The notes under the pieces: model-generated | Told to the model about the DNA's origin: nothing | Database searches by the model: none | Seen by the model: the letters and a program-made list of their open reading frames with translations, nothing else | From: Megasphaera elsdenii DSM 20460 | GTDB taxonomy: Bacteria > Bacillota > Negativicutes > Veillonellales > Megasphaeraceae | Reading direction: 5' to 3' | DNA: 32,000 nt | Assembly (NCBI RefSeq): GCF_003010495.1 | Contig: NZ_CP027570.1 | Span: 1,320,001 to 1,352,000 of the forward strand | Made by a program: the position numbers and the translations under genes | Shown: positions 23,148 to 31,710 of the stretch, one piece after another | Layout: each line of letters opens with the position of its first letter | Numbering within the stretch: position 1 is the first letter of the stretch

Positions 23148-24299
23148 ATGGCTGATATCAATTTGAATGACCTCTTAGAAAAACGGCATGCTGAAAGCCA
23201 GCCGGCTGTACCCGTCGTCGATCAGGGCCATGAAGTGGCTCAGTTCAATGCTCAGGTCGAAAGCCTGACGCCGGAAGAACGGCAGCAGATCGACACCATC
23301 AAGGATTCCATCGACCTGGTCAATTCCAACGCCATCGTCCAGTATGGCAGCGGCGCCCAGAAGAACATTGCCAACTTTTCCAACAGCGTCTTGTCGACTG
23401 TCAAGAGTACGGATCCGGCCGTAGCCGGCGACCTGCTCAACGACCTGGTCAAGCGGGTCAAAGCCTTTGAAGACGAAAACGATGAAGACAAGGGCTTTTT
23501 TGCCAGCCTGCCCGTCGTCGGCTCGCTGTTCAAGAAAGGTGAAGCCCTGACCAAATCCTACACGACGCTGGCCGCCCAGATTGACAAGATACAAGCCGGC
23601 CTGGACAACCAGAAAATGACCCTCATGAAGGACATTGCCATGTTCGACGGCCTTTACGACAAGAATCTGGAATATTTCAAGCAGCTCCAGCTCTATATCC
23701 AGGCTGGCGAAGAAAAGATACAGGAATTGAACCAGACGACGATTCCAAAGCTGGAAGCCCAGGCCCAGGTATCGGATAATCCCATGGCCGTCCAGGTCGT
23801 CCAGGATTTCAAGGATGCTGTCAGCCGTTTTGAAAAGAAAGTGCACGACCTGAAGATCAGCAAGACCATCGCCATCCAGACGGCACCGCAGATCCGCATC
23901 ATCCAGAACAATGACAAGATCCTCGTCGACCGCATCCAGAGTGCCATTTACAACACCATCCCGCTGTGGAAGAACCAGATGGTCCTGGCCCTGGGCCTGG
24001 GACGGCAGAAAGAAGCCCTGGAAATGCAGCAGGCCGTTTCCAATACGACGAATGAGCTCCTCAAGCGCAATGCGGCCATGCTCAAGCAGAACTCCCACGA
24101 TACGGCTGTTGAAAATGAACGGTCCATCGTCGACATCGAAACGGTCAAACAGGTCAACGAAGATTTGATCAGCACCATTGAAGATACGCTGCGCATCCAG
24201 CAGGAAGGCCGCCAGAAGCGGCAGGCAGCGGAAGCAGAACTGGTCCAGATCGAAGACCGCCTGCGGGAAGCCCTGTTAAAAGGCGCCGGTCACAACTAA
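23148..24299 (+). CDS. telA: Toxic anion resistance protein, TelA/YaaN family
   Basis: 383 aa, all-helical. The TelA-type N-terminal region is present (NSNAIVQYGSGAQKNIANFSNSVLSTVKS...LNDLVKRVKAF), and the family layout holds throughout. Confidence 0.85.
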   Translation: MADINLNDLLEKRHAESQPAVPVVDQGHEVAQFNAQVESLTPEERQQIDTIKDSIDLVNSNAIVQYGSGAQKNIANFSNSVLSTVKSTDPAVAGDLLNDLVKRVKAFEDENDEDKGFFASLPVVGSLFKKGEALTKSYTTLAAQIDKIQAGLDNQKMTLMKDIAMFDGLYDKNLEYFKQLQLYIQAGEEKIQELNQTTIPKLEAQAQVSDNPMAVQVVQDFKDAVSRFEKKVHDLKISKTIAIQTAPQIRIIQNNDKILVDRIQSAIYNTIPLWKNQMVLALGLGRQKEALEMQQAVSNTTNELLKRNAAMLKQNSHDTAVENERSIVDIETVKQVNEDLISTIEDTLRIQQEGRQKRQAAEAELVQIEDRLREALLKGAGHN

Positions 24300-24323
24300 A
24301 AACTACAAACTATGGACTATCCC

Positions 24324-25085
24324 TTACAGCCAGCCGAATTTTTTGCAGGCTTCCAGGATGCCGCCCTTGTCGTTGTCGCCGGTGACGTAGTCGGCGCGGG
24401 CTTTCAATTCATCCCGGCCATTGCCCATGGCGATGGAGAAGAAGGGCTTACGGAACATGGAAATGTCGTTCAGGCCGTCGCCAAAGACGACGGCGTCTTC
24501 CGGCCTGCCGCCGACGAGATCCAGCATTCGCAGGATACCGCGGCTCTTGTCCGTCGGTTCGATGAGGTACGTGTGGTCGATGTATTCCAAGTGGGGCAAT
24601 CCGTAGGCAGGCACTTCATCTTCGGGCCGCTGCGGCCGGGCGTACATGATTTTATAGACGGCCGTCAGGCTCTCGATGTCGACTGGGCGGACGACGGTTT
24701 CCATGTAGTTCCTCGGGTCGTCGTGAGGGAAATCGACATAAGGCGTATAACGGTTGATGGTATTATCGGTGACGACGGCCCAAGGGTAGTGGCGGGCCGT
24801 CAGGTCGCGCAGGAGGGCTTTACAGTTCTCCAGGGGCAGGCCGGTCATTTCCAGGACTTTGCCGTCCAGGGACAGGCTGTTGCCGCCGTCGGCGACGACG
24901 GCCGGTATGCCATAGCGGTCGGCAAAGGTCTGCGTGTCGTGCTGCAGGCGGCCCGACGCGATGGCGATGAAATGGCCTTCCTGGACGAGGCGGCGCAGGC
25001 AGTACAGCGTATCGGCCGGGATGATGCTGGAAATCCCCAGCCCCAGGGTCCCGTCGATATCGAAGAAAAAGTATTTTTTCGTCAT
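24324..25085 (-). CDS. Cof-type HAD-IIB family hydrolase (sugar-phosphatase-like)
   Basis: HAD motif I (FFFDIDGTL), motif II (IASGR), motif IV (FGDGLNDISMF). ATG at 25085 follows GAAAGGA. The upstream ATG 25112 would lie at or before the predicted transcription start. Confidence 0.9.
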   Translation of the reverse strand: MTKKYFFFDIDGTLGLGISSIIPADTLYCLRRLVQEGHFIAIASGRLQHDTQTFADRYGIPAVVADGGNSLSLDGKVLEMTGLPLENCKALLRDLTARHYPWAVVTDNTINRYTPYVDFPHDDPRNYMETVVRPVDIESLTAVYKIMYARPQRPEDEVPAYGLPHLEYIDHTYLIEPTDKSRGILRMLDLVGGRPEDAVVFGDGLNDISMFRKPFFSIAMGNGRDELKARADYVTGDNDKGGILEACKKFGWL

Positions 25086-25122
25086 GAGTCTATCCTTTCT
25101 CGAAAAATTCATAAACTGCTTT

Positions 25123-25149
25123 ATTATAGCATATATAAAATTCTCTCAA
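25123..25149 (-). promoter_or_regulatory. Promoter candidate for the HAD hydrolase gene (extended -10)
   Basis: The minus strand reads TTGAGA (25149-25144), 15 nt, TGcTATAAT (-10 hexamer 25128-25123). Confidence 0.4.
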
Positions 25150-25164
25150 AATCCCCTTTTGCCA

Positions 25165-25194
25165 TTGACAGAAGGGGTCCTTTTTTTACATAAT
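25165..25194 (+). promoter_or_regulatory. Sigma-70-type promoter candidate for tkt
   Basis: TTGACA (25165-25170), 18 nt, CATAAT (25189-25194). The RBS AAGGAG precedes ATG 25246. Confidence 0.45.
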
Positions 25195-25245
25195 AAGGTG
25201 AATGTCTATTTATCTTCGATTACATAAAAAGGAGCGATTTGACTA

Positions 25246-27237
25246 ATGAGCACCATTGATACGACTTGTGTAAATGCCATTCGTGTATTGTCAGCTGACG
25301 CCATCCAGAAGGCAAATTCCGGCCATCCCGGCCTGCCCCTCGGCGCAGCTCCCATTGCATACGAACTCTGGGCAAACCACATGAACCACAACGCAAAGGA
25401 CCCGAAATGGGCGAACCGCGACCGCTTCATCCTGTCGGCGGGCCACGGCTCGATGCTGCTGTATTCGCTGCTCCATTTCTACGGCTACGGCCTGACCATG
25501 GACGATATTAAACAGTTCCGTCAAGACGGCTCCTTGACTCCGGGGCATCCGGAATACGGCCACACGACGGGCGTCGAAGCGACGACAGGCCCCCTCGGTG
25601 CCGGCTTGGGCATGGCTGTCGGCATGGCTATGGCAGAAGCTCACTTGGCAGCTGTTTTCAATAAACCGGGCTATCCCGTCGTCGACCACTACACCTTCGC
25701 CCTCTGCGGCGACGGCTGCTTGATGGAAGGTATTTCTTCGGAAGCTTTCTCTTTGGCCGGGACGTTAGGCCTGTCCAAACTCATCGTCCTCTACGATAGC
25801 AACAACATTTCCATCGAAGGCAACACGGACATCGCCTTTACCGAAAATGTCCAGGCCCGCATGGCTGCTTTCGGCTTCCAGACGATCACCGTCGAAGACG
25901 GCACGGATCTCGACGCCATCGGCAGAGCTATCGAAGAAGCAAAAGCCGATAAAGAACATCCGTCGTTCATCACCATCAAGACCCAGATCGGCTATGGCTG
26001 CCCGGCTAAACAGGGTTCGGCTGCCGCTCATGGCTCGCCGTTGGGTGAAGAAAATATCGTCGCCATGAAAGAAAACCTGGGCTGGCCGAAACCGCAGGAA
26101 ACGTTCTACATTCCCGACGAAGTCTATGCGCATTATGCTGAATTGAGCCAGAAAGCCGGCGCAGCCGAAGCGGACTGGCAGAAACTCTTTGCCGACTACG
26201 CTGCTAAATTCCCGGAAATGAAGGCCAAATGGGATGCCTTCCACAGCGATGTCGATGCCAAGGCTCTCTTGAATAATGAAGCTTTCTGGGCTTATGAAGA
26301 TAAGCCGCAGGCTACGCGCAGCTTGTCCGGCACGATGATCAATCGTCTGAAGGACATCATGCCCCAGCTCTTCGGCGGCAGTGCCGACCTGGCTCCGTCG
26401 AACAAGACGGAAATGAAAGACGAAGGCTTCTTCAGCAAAGCCGATTACAGCGGCCGCAACGTCCACTTCGGCGTCCGCGAACTGGCCATGGGTGCCATCA
26501 CCAACGGCCTGGCCCTCCACGGTGGCGTCCGTCCGTATGCCGGTACGTTCTTCGTCTTCAGCGATTATATGAAACCCATGATCCGCCTGGCTGCCCTCAT
26601 GAGCCTGCCGACGACCTACGTCCTCACGCACGACAGCATCGGCGTCGGCGAAGACGGTCCGACACATGAACCGATCGAACAGCTGGCCATGCTCCGCTCC
26701 CTTCCCAATGTCAACGTCTTCCGTCCGGCTGACGCTACGGAAACGGCTGCCGGCTGGTACCTGGCTGCTACCAGCCAGAAGACGCCGACGGCCCTCGTCC
26801 TGACTCGTCAGAACCTGCCGCAGCTCGCCGGCAGCAGCAAAGAAGCCTTGAAAGGGGCTTACGTCATCGCCGATGCCAAGAAAGCCGTTCCCGATGCCAT
26901 CATCATGGCCAGTGGTTCGGAAGTCGAACTGGCCGTCAACGCCAAAGACGAACTGGCTAAAGAAGGTGTCGACGTCCGTGTCGTCAGCATGCCCTGCCTG
27001 GAACTCTTTGAACAGCAGGACGAAGCCTATAAAGAACAGGTCCTCCCGAAAGCCGTCCGCGCCCGTGTCGCTGTCGAAGCCGCTTCGGACTTCGGCTGGG
27101 GCAAATACGTCGGCCTCGACGGCACGACGGTTTCCATGAAATCCTTTGGTGCATCCGCTCCGGCTGGCGTTTTATTCAAGAAATTCGGTTTCACCACTGA
27201 AAACGTCGTAGCCGCTGTAAAGAAAGTCGTGAAATAA
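25246..27237 (+). CDS. tkt: Transketolase
   Basis: Full-length 663 aa with hallmark motifs: [38 protein letters not shown], the ThDP motif [13 protein letters not shown], and [19 protein letters not shown]. Confidence 0.97.
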   Translation: MSTIDTTCVNAIRVLSADAIQKANSGHPGLPLGAAPIAYELWANHMNHNAKDPKWANRDRFILSAGHGSMLLYSLLHFYGYGLTMDDIKQFRQDGSLTPGHPEYGHTTGVEATTGPLGAGLGMAVGMAMAEAHLAAVFNKPGYPVVDHYTFALCGDGCLMEGISSEAFSLAGTLGLSKLIVLYDSNNISIEGNTDIAFTENVQARMAAFGFQTITVEDGTDLDAIGRAIEEAKADKEHPSFITIKTQIGYGCPAKQGSAAAHGSPLGEENIVAMKENLGWPKPQETFYIPDEVYAHYAELSQKAGAAEADWQKLFADYAAKFPEMKAKWDAFHSDVDAKALLNNEAFWAYEDKPQATRSLSGTMINRLKDIMPQLFGGSADLAPSNKTEMKDEGFFSKADYSGRNVHFGVRELAMGAITNGLALHGGVRPYAGTFFVFSDYMKPMIRLAALMSLPTTYVLTHDSIGVGEDGPTHEPIEQLAMLRSLPNVNVFRPADATETAAGWYLAATSQKTPTALVLTRQNLPQLAGSSKEALKGAYVIADAKKAVPDAIIMASGSEVELAVNAKDELAKEGVDVRVVSMPCLELFEQQDEAYKEQVLPKAVRARVAVEAASDFGWGKYVGLDGTTVSMKSFGASAPAGVLFKKFGFTTENVVAAVKKVVK

Positions 27238-27362
27238 TCGTGGCTCGTGGCTCGTGGCTCGTAGGGGCCGTCCCAAAGGGCGGCCCGACTGAGTCCTGTG
27301 GACATCCAAAAACGGTATTTGTGTGCCACTTCGCCAAACGCCAAACGAACCACGAACCACGA
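27238..27362. repeat. Composite palindromic element: heptamer-repeat arms flanking a GTAGGGG hairpin repeat
   Basis: The left arm is (TCGTGGC)x3+TCG (27238-27261). The core is gtaggggccgtcccaaagggcggcccg (27261-27288). Then come (CGCCAAA)x2 (27332-27345) and the right arm cgaaccacgaaccacga (27346-27362). The right arm is the reverse complement of the left arm at 15 of 17 positions. Confidence 0.65.
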
Positions 27363-27397
27363 AAAGGTGCTTCTGCTTATGCAGGAGCACCTTTTCC
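27362..27397 (+). terminator. Rho-independent terminator for tkt
   Basis: Stem aaaaggtgcttctgc / gcaggagcacctttt (one U-G wobble in the + sense), loop ttat, then a T-run. Confidence 0.8.
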
Positions 27398-27409
27398 ATT
27401 TGTCAAGGC

Positions 27410-27438
27410 TTGATTTTTCTTGCGTATTTTATTATACT
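27410..27438 (+). promoter_or_regulatory. Sigma-70-type promoter for the ncRNA candidate
   Basis: TTGATT (27410-27415), 17 nt, TATACT (27433-27438). No ORF with an RBS follows for about 260 nt. Confidence 0.5.
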
Positions 27439-27444
27439 AAGAAC

Positions 27445-27640
27445 AAGAAGAAACCCTACTGTGTGCGTAAATGGTCTCGATGTTTTGAACCAACACTTTT
27501 TACATTGGGAGTTCGGGCTCTATATCGTTAGGCAATGCCTTCACTGGACTGTCGACCTTTATAGGAGAACACCCACCTGCTTAGGCAGGCTCAAAACTCG
27601 GTTTATAAACGGCATGGTGGGGCTCTTTTCTTATTTGAGA
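27445..27640 (+). ncRNA. ssrS: Structured ncRNA candidate of about 190 nt with 6S RNA-like rod and central-bubble architecture
   Basis: Long-range pairings found by hand:
- 27454-27468 (CCCUACUGUGUGCGU) with 27609-27622 (ACGGCAUGGUGGGG), 14 bp including G-U pairs, one bulge.
- 27476-27491 with 27588-27601, 13 bp.
- 27507-27514 (GGGAGUUC) with 27567-27574 (GAACACCC).
These leave an asymmetric central bubble (27492-27506 versus 27575-27587). Its 3' side can form the mini-hairpin CCUGC-UUAG-GCAGG. The ends are approximate. Confidence 0.5.
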
Positions 27641-27655
27641 ATTTAGTTACTTGTC

Positions 27656-27688
27656 CGCCGCTGAGGAGACTTAGCGGCGTTCTATTTA
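27656..27688 (+). terminator. Hairpin with a weak T-tract between the ncRNA candidate and rarA
   Basis: Stem cgccgct (27656-27662) / agcggcg (27673-27679), 10-nt loop, followed by ttctattt. The short stem and interrupted T-run make this weak. Confidence 0.3.
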
Positions 27689-27705
27689 GTCTGGAGAGCA
27701 AACAA

Positions 27706-29025
27706 ATGAGCGGAGACGATTTATTTTCTATGGCTGATGAACGGAGCGGCCAGGGCTATGCACCGCTGGCCGTCCGCATGCGGCCGGAATCTCTGGATGA
27801 CATCTATGGCCAGGACGACCTCATCGGGCCCGGTAGTTTTTTGCGGACCCTCATCGAAAAGGACACCATTCCGTCCCTGTTGTTTTACGGTCCTTCCGGT
27901 GTCGGCAAGACGACACTGGCCCATGTCATTGCCAATGAAACGGACAGCCGTTTCGTAACCCTCAACGCAGTCACGGCAGGCACGGCAGAACTTCGCAAGG
28001 TCATTGCCGCTGCGCAGGATGCCATCCATCTATATCAAAAGCGGACGATCCTCTTCATCGATGAAATACACCGCTTCAATAAAAGTCAGCAAGACGTCCT
28101 GTTGCCGTATGTCGAAGACGGGACGGTCATCCTCATCGGGGCGACGACGGAAAATCCTTATTTCGAAGTCAACCGCCCCTTATTGTCGCGCCTGCGCGTC
28201 ATCCAATTGAAACCCCTGTCGGAACAGGCCGTCACAGCCGTCCTGCGGCGGGCCCTGACGGACAGGGAGAAAGGCCTGGGTTCGCTGGGGATTTCCGCCA
28301 GCGATGAGATGCTGGGGACCTTGGCCCGTCTGGCTGACCGCGATGCCCGCGTCGGCCTGAACCTGCTGGAACAGGTCTGCCTGGTCGTACCGGCTGGCGG
28401 CCATATCACGCACGACGCCATTGAAAAGGTAGCCGGTCATAAAGTATATACGTATGATAAAAAAGGCGATGCCCATTACGATACGGTGTCGGCTTTCATC
28501 AAAAGCATGCGCGGCTCCGACCCCGATGCGGCCCTGCACTACCTGGCCCGTATGATCGAAGCCGGCGAACAGCCGTCCTTCATTGCCCGCCGCCTGGTCA
28601 TCTGTGCAGCCGAAGACGTCGGACTGGCCGATCCCCAGGCCCTGGTCATTGCCAATGCCGCTGCCCAGGCCGTCCAGTTCGTCGGCTGGCCGGAGGGACG
28701 CATCATCTTGTCAGAAGCCGTCATTTACGTGGCCTGTGCGCCGAAGAGCAATAGTGCCTATCTGGCCATCGATGCGGCTCTGGCCGATGTCCGCCACAAA
28801 GACTGCGGTGATGTGCCCGATTATCTGCGCGACAGCCATTACAGCGGCGCAGCCGCTCTGGGCCATGGCCTGACCTATCGGTATCCCCATGATTTCGATG
28901 GGGGATGGGTGGCCCAGCAGTATCTGCCGGATGCCTTGAAAGAGGCGTCGTATTACAAGGAACGGCCTTACGGGCAGGAACAATCTATGACGGCTGCCTG
29001 GCACAAACGCCGCGGCGGTAAGTAA
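27706..29025 (+). CDS. rarA: Replication-associated recombination protein A (RarA/MgsA AAA+ ATPase)
   Basis: Walker A GPSGVGKTTLA, Walker B/sensor ILFIDEIHRFNKSQQD, LIGATTENPYFEV, and the MgsA C-terminal domain (HYDTVSAFIKSMRGSDPDAALHYLARM...YLRDSHYSGAA..GHGLTYRYPHD). Confidence 0.95.
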   Translation: MSGDDLFSMADERSGQGYAPLAVRMRPESLDDIYGQDDLIGPGSFLRTLIEKDTIPSLLFYGPSGVGKTTLAHVIANETDSRFVTLNAVTAGTAELRKVIAAAQDAIHLYQKRTILFIDEIHRFNKSQQDVLLPYVEDGTVILIGATTENPYFEVNRPLLSRLRVIQLKPLSEQAVTAVLRRALTDREKGLGSLGISASDEMLGTLARLADRDARVGLNLLEQVCLVVPAGGHITHDAIEKVAGHKVYTYDKKGDAHYDTVSAFIKSMRGSDPDAALHYLARMIEAGEQPSFIARRLVICAAEDVGLADPQALVIANAAAQAVQFVGWPEGRIILSEAVIYVACAPKSNSAYLAIDAALADVRHKDCGDVPDYLRDSHYSGAAALGHGLTYRYPHDFDGGWVAQQYLPDALKEASYYKERPYGQEQSMTAAWHKRRGGK

Positions 29026-29049
29026 TCTATTAGTAGAAGGTGAAATGTT

Positions 29050-31638
29050 TTGGCGAAAGGAAAGACTCGTAAAACCAGCCGTTCCAAGCGGACTGCTGGT
29101 ACGCGTCAGAAGGCGAAGACTGCCAGGAAGGCAGGGACATCGCCGCTTTTGAAATATGAAATCATTGGTATCTGTTGTATTCTCGTAGGCCTTTTTGCGA
29201 CGGTCGGTTTCATCGGCTTCGATACAGGCCGCATCGGCCACAGCGTCGATGATATCTTAGCGTATATTTTCGGCCTGGGCCGGATTGTCGTCAGTTTGTC
29301 CCTCATCGTCCTGGGACTGAAGTATATCGTCATCCGCAAGGCCTGCCCGGTTACGAAATCCTGGGCCGTCGGGACTTGGATCTATGTCCTCCTCCTGGGA
29401 TTGGTCCATTTATTGGTCATTCCGGAGGGGACGGAATTTCTGCCGCACAGTCTGTCCGTCGGCGGCGGTGTCGTCGGGGCTGTCATGGCCTCGGTCCTGC
29501 GCCGGTTTCTCGGATTTTTTGGGGCTGTCATGGCTATTACCGGCGCCTGCATCGTCACCTTCCTGGTCTGGAAGAATTGGTCTATTTCTAAGCCTGTGGC
29601 TGTCGTAGCCGATAAGGCCGGACAGGAAGCGGCCAAAGTATCGGGCAAGGCCGTCGAAGGCCTGCAGGACGCATCCCAGTCCTTGAAACAGTGGCACGAA
29701 CGCCGCGGCATCTTCGATTTGCAGGCGGTTGTAGGGGACGACCCGTTAGGGCGTCCCGCTTGTGGGAATCACGATGATTCGCATGGCGTAGGGGCCGTCC
29801 CGGAAGGGCGGCCCGCTTGTGGGAATCCCGTAATCGACAATCATCCCGAGAACTCGGACCATCCCGCAGCGACGACCATATCCGACGCCCGCGACCTGGG
29901 CAACGGCGTGGAAGAAGTCCGTTTCGACGCCAGCCCCATCGAAGAAGACGTCCCGTATGACTGGGCCAGCGACGGTTTTGAAGAAGCAGAATCTTCACCG
30001 GAACCGCAAAAGCTCAGCCAGATCCATGAAACCATCGTCGGCGATACGGAACCGACGGCCCACGATGTCCAGCCTGCCGCCCCAGTAAAAACGCCGCTGG
30101 CGCAGGAAACGGATGTCCTTCGTCATGACATGGACGACCTCAAACCCATCGAAGTCGAAAAGAGCAGCGTCGCCGTCGATACGAGCGAAGAAGGGAGCAG
30201 TGCCGTTCCCAAAGCCGCCGGTGAAAAGACGTACCATCTGCCGCCGGTGAGCATGTTGAAACCGGGTCCGCAGCACGCCGTCGGCCTGAGCGATGAAGTC
30301 CGGGAAAATGCCCGCATCCTCCAGGAAACGCTGCAGAGCTTCAATATCGACGCCAAGATACTCAATGCCAGCCAGGGGCCGTCCATTACGCGCTATGAAC
30401 TGGAACCGGCGGCTGGCGTCAAGGTCAGCAAAATCGTCCATCTCGCCGACGACCTGGCCTTGAAACTGGCTGCGACGGATATCCGTATCGAAGCGCCGAT
30501 TCCCGGCAAAGCTGCCGTCGGCATCGAAGTGCCGAACAAGAAGCTGACCGGCGTCAATCTGCGCGACGTCATCGACACGGATACGTTCCGCAAGGCCGCT
30601 GGCGGCGTCCCGGTCTGCCTGGGCAAGGATATTGCCGGCAATCCCATCGTCGCCGACCTGACCAAGATGCCTCACCTCCTGGTAGCCGGCTCGACCGGTT
30701 CCGGCAAGAGTGTCTGCATCAACACCTTCATCGCCAGCATCCTCTTTAAACAGCGGCCGGAAGACGTCAAGCTCATCCTCATCGATCCGAAGGTCGTCGA
30801 ATTATCGAATTACAACGGTATTCCTCACCTGCTGACGCCAGTCGTCACGGATCCGAAGAAAGCCGCCAGCGTCCTGCGCTGGGCTGTCCGGGAAATGGAC
30901 GACCGCTACAAGCGCTTCGCCATCACTCATACGCGGGATATTTCCCGGTATAATGAACTCCATCCGGAAGATGCCATGCCTTTCATCGTCATCATCATCG
31001 ACGAATTGGCAGACCTCATGATGACGGCATCGGACGACGTCGAAAAGTCGATCATCCGCCTGGGTCAGAAAGCGCGGGCCTGCGGGATGCACCTCGTCCT
31101 GGCTACACAGCGGCCGTCTGTCGATGTCCTGACCGGCCTCATCAAGGCCAATGTCCCCAGCCGTATCGCCTTTGCCGTTTCCAGCCAGGTCGATTCGCGG
31201 ACCATCCTCGACATGGCCGGTGCCGAAAAACTGATCGGCAAGGGTGACATGCTCTTCTATCCCCTTGGCGCATCCAAGCCGCTCCGCGTCCAAGGGGCCT
31301 TCATTTCTGATTCGGAAATCGATGAGATGGTAGAATTTATCAAAGCCCAGGGCGGTCCTCAGTATGATGAAGCTGTCCAGAAGGCCCAGTCGGAAAATCC
31401 CGAAGACAGCGTCGATTTCTTTGAAGACGACCTCATGCGCCAGGCCATCGACATGGTCCTGGAAACGGGGCAGGCATCGACGTCCATGCTCCAGCGCCGC
31501 TTCCGCGTCGGCTATACGCGGGCAGCCCGCATGATCGACATGATGGAAGCCATGCACATCGTCGGCCCCAATAACGGCAGCAAGCCGCGGGAAATCCTCA
31601 TGACGGCCGATGAGGTCCAGCAGAAGTATTTGAGCTGA
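29050..31638 (+). CDS. ftsK: DNA translocase FtsK/SpoIIIE
   Basis: TTG start 7 nt after GAAGGTGA. Basic N-terminus, four or five TM helices, an acidic variable linker, the motor domain (Walker [10 protein letters not shown], Walker [21 protein letters not shown]), and the gamma winged helix ([24 protein letters not shown]). Confidence 0.95.
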   Translation: MAKGKTRKTSRSKRTAGTRQKAKTARKAGTSPLLKYEIIGICCILVGLFATVGFIGFDTGRIGHSVDDILAYIFGLGRIVVSLSLIVLGLKYIVIRKACPVTKSWAVGTWIYVLLLGLVHLLVIPEGTEFLPHSLSVGGGVVGAVMASVLRRFLGFFGAVMAITGACIVTFLVWKNWSISKPVAVVADKAGQEAAKVSGKAVEGLQDASQSLKQWHERRGIFDLQAVVGDDPLGRPACGNHDDSHGVGAVPEGRPACGNPVIDNHPENSDHPAATTISDARDLGNGVEEVRFDASPIEEDVPYDWASDGFEEAESSPEPQKLSQIHETIVGDTEPTAHDVQPAAPVKTPLAQETDVLRHDMDDLKPIEVEKSSVAVDTSEEGSSAVPKAAGEKTYHLPPVSMLKPGPQHAVGLSDEVRENARILQETLQSFNIDAKILNASQGPSITRYELEPAAGVKVSKIVHLADDLALKLAATDIRIEAPIPGKAAVGIEVPNKKLTGVNLRDVIDTDTFRKAAGGVPVCLGKDIAGNPIVADLTKMPHLLVAGSTGSGKSVCINTFIASILFKQRPEDVKLILIDPKVVELSNYNGIPHLLTPVVTDPKKAASVLRWAVREMDDRYKRFAITHTRDISRYNELHPEDAMPFIVIIIDELADLMMTASDDVEKSIIRLGQKARACGMHLVLATQRPSVDVLTGLIKANVPSRIAFAVSSQVDSRTILDMAGAEKLIGKGDMLFYPLGASKPLRVQGAFISDSEIDEMVEFIKAQGGPQYDEAVQKAQSENPEDSVDFFEDDLMRQAIDMVLETGQASTSMLQRRFRVGYTRAARMIDMMEAMHIVGPNNGSKPREILMTADEVQQKYLS
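29731..29830 (+). repeat. Two tandem in-frame copies of the GTAGGGG hairpin repeat inside the ftsK linker
   Basis: Copy 1 (29731-29773) is gtaggggacgacccgttagggcgtcccgcttgtgggaatcacg. Copy 2 (29788-29830) is gtaggggccgtcccggaagggcggcccgcttgtgggaatcccg. The offset is 57 nt (19 codons). They translate as [14 protein letters not shown] and [14 protein letters not shown]. Confidence 0.8.
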
Positions 31639-31710
31639 CCCCCTGTACCCTTTGCCGTATCTGTTATATAATAAAAGATACGATTATAGAGAGTAGGGAG
31701 AGGAATAACC

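Noticed and set aside
25153-25188. Hairpin CCCCTT/AAGGGG followed by a T-run upstream of tkt as a terminator
   Set aside because: The stem is only 6 bp with a 13-nt loop. It overlaps the TTGACA -35 box of the tkt promoter, and no + strand gene ends upstream of it. It is probably fortuitous or part of the divergent promoter region.
24312-25193. 293-aa + strand ORF overlapping the HAD hydrolase gene
   Set aside because: The minus-strand product has all the HAD-IIB motifs (DIDGTL, GDGLND). The + strand product has no recognisable motif and is the antisense shadow.
27298-27646. Small ORFs (77 and 107 aa) in the tkt-rarA spacer
   Set aside because: They have no RBS and odd composition, and they overlap the repeat element, the terminator and the strongly base-paired RNA candidate. 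A non-coding interpretation fits better.
29591-29617. Second sigma-28-like motif TAAG-N15-GCCGATAA inside ftsK
   Set aside because: It is intragenic, has an imperfect -35, and no downstream start is served by it. It is probably a chance match. Other CCGATA occurrences (5889, 8165, 11643, 12893, 25950) lack a TAAA box at the correct spacing.
4193-29830. GTAGGGG repeats as a CRISPR array
   Set aside because: The copies are kilobases apart, except for two 57 nt apart inside a gene. They are imperfect and palindromic, there are no regular spacers and no cas genes.
746-31557. Many long minus-strand ORFs (for example 746-1651, 2387-3490, 9211-9885, 11332-11904, 14800-15522, 15661-16242, 17226-17915, 18371-19135, 19277-20185, 20760-21299, 21468-22280, 22428-23072, 23175-24098, 25765-26667, 28711-29241, 29995-30675, 30802-31557)
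   Set aside because: Each lies antisense to a + strand gene with clear family motifs. Their products are Arg/Asp/Gly/Val-rich low-information sequences typical of shadow ORFs in GC-rich coding DNA, and none has a convincing RBS.
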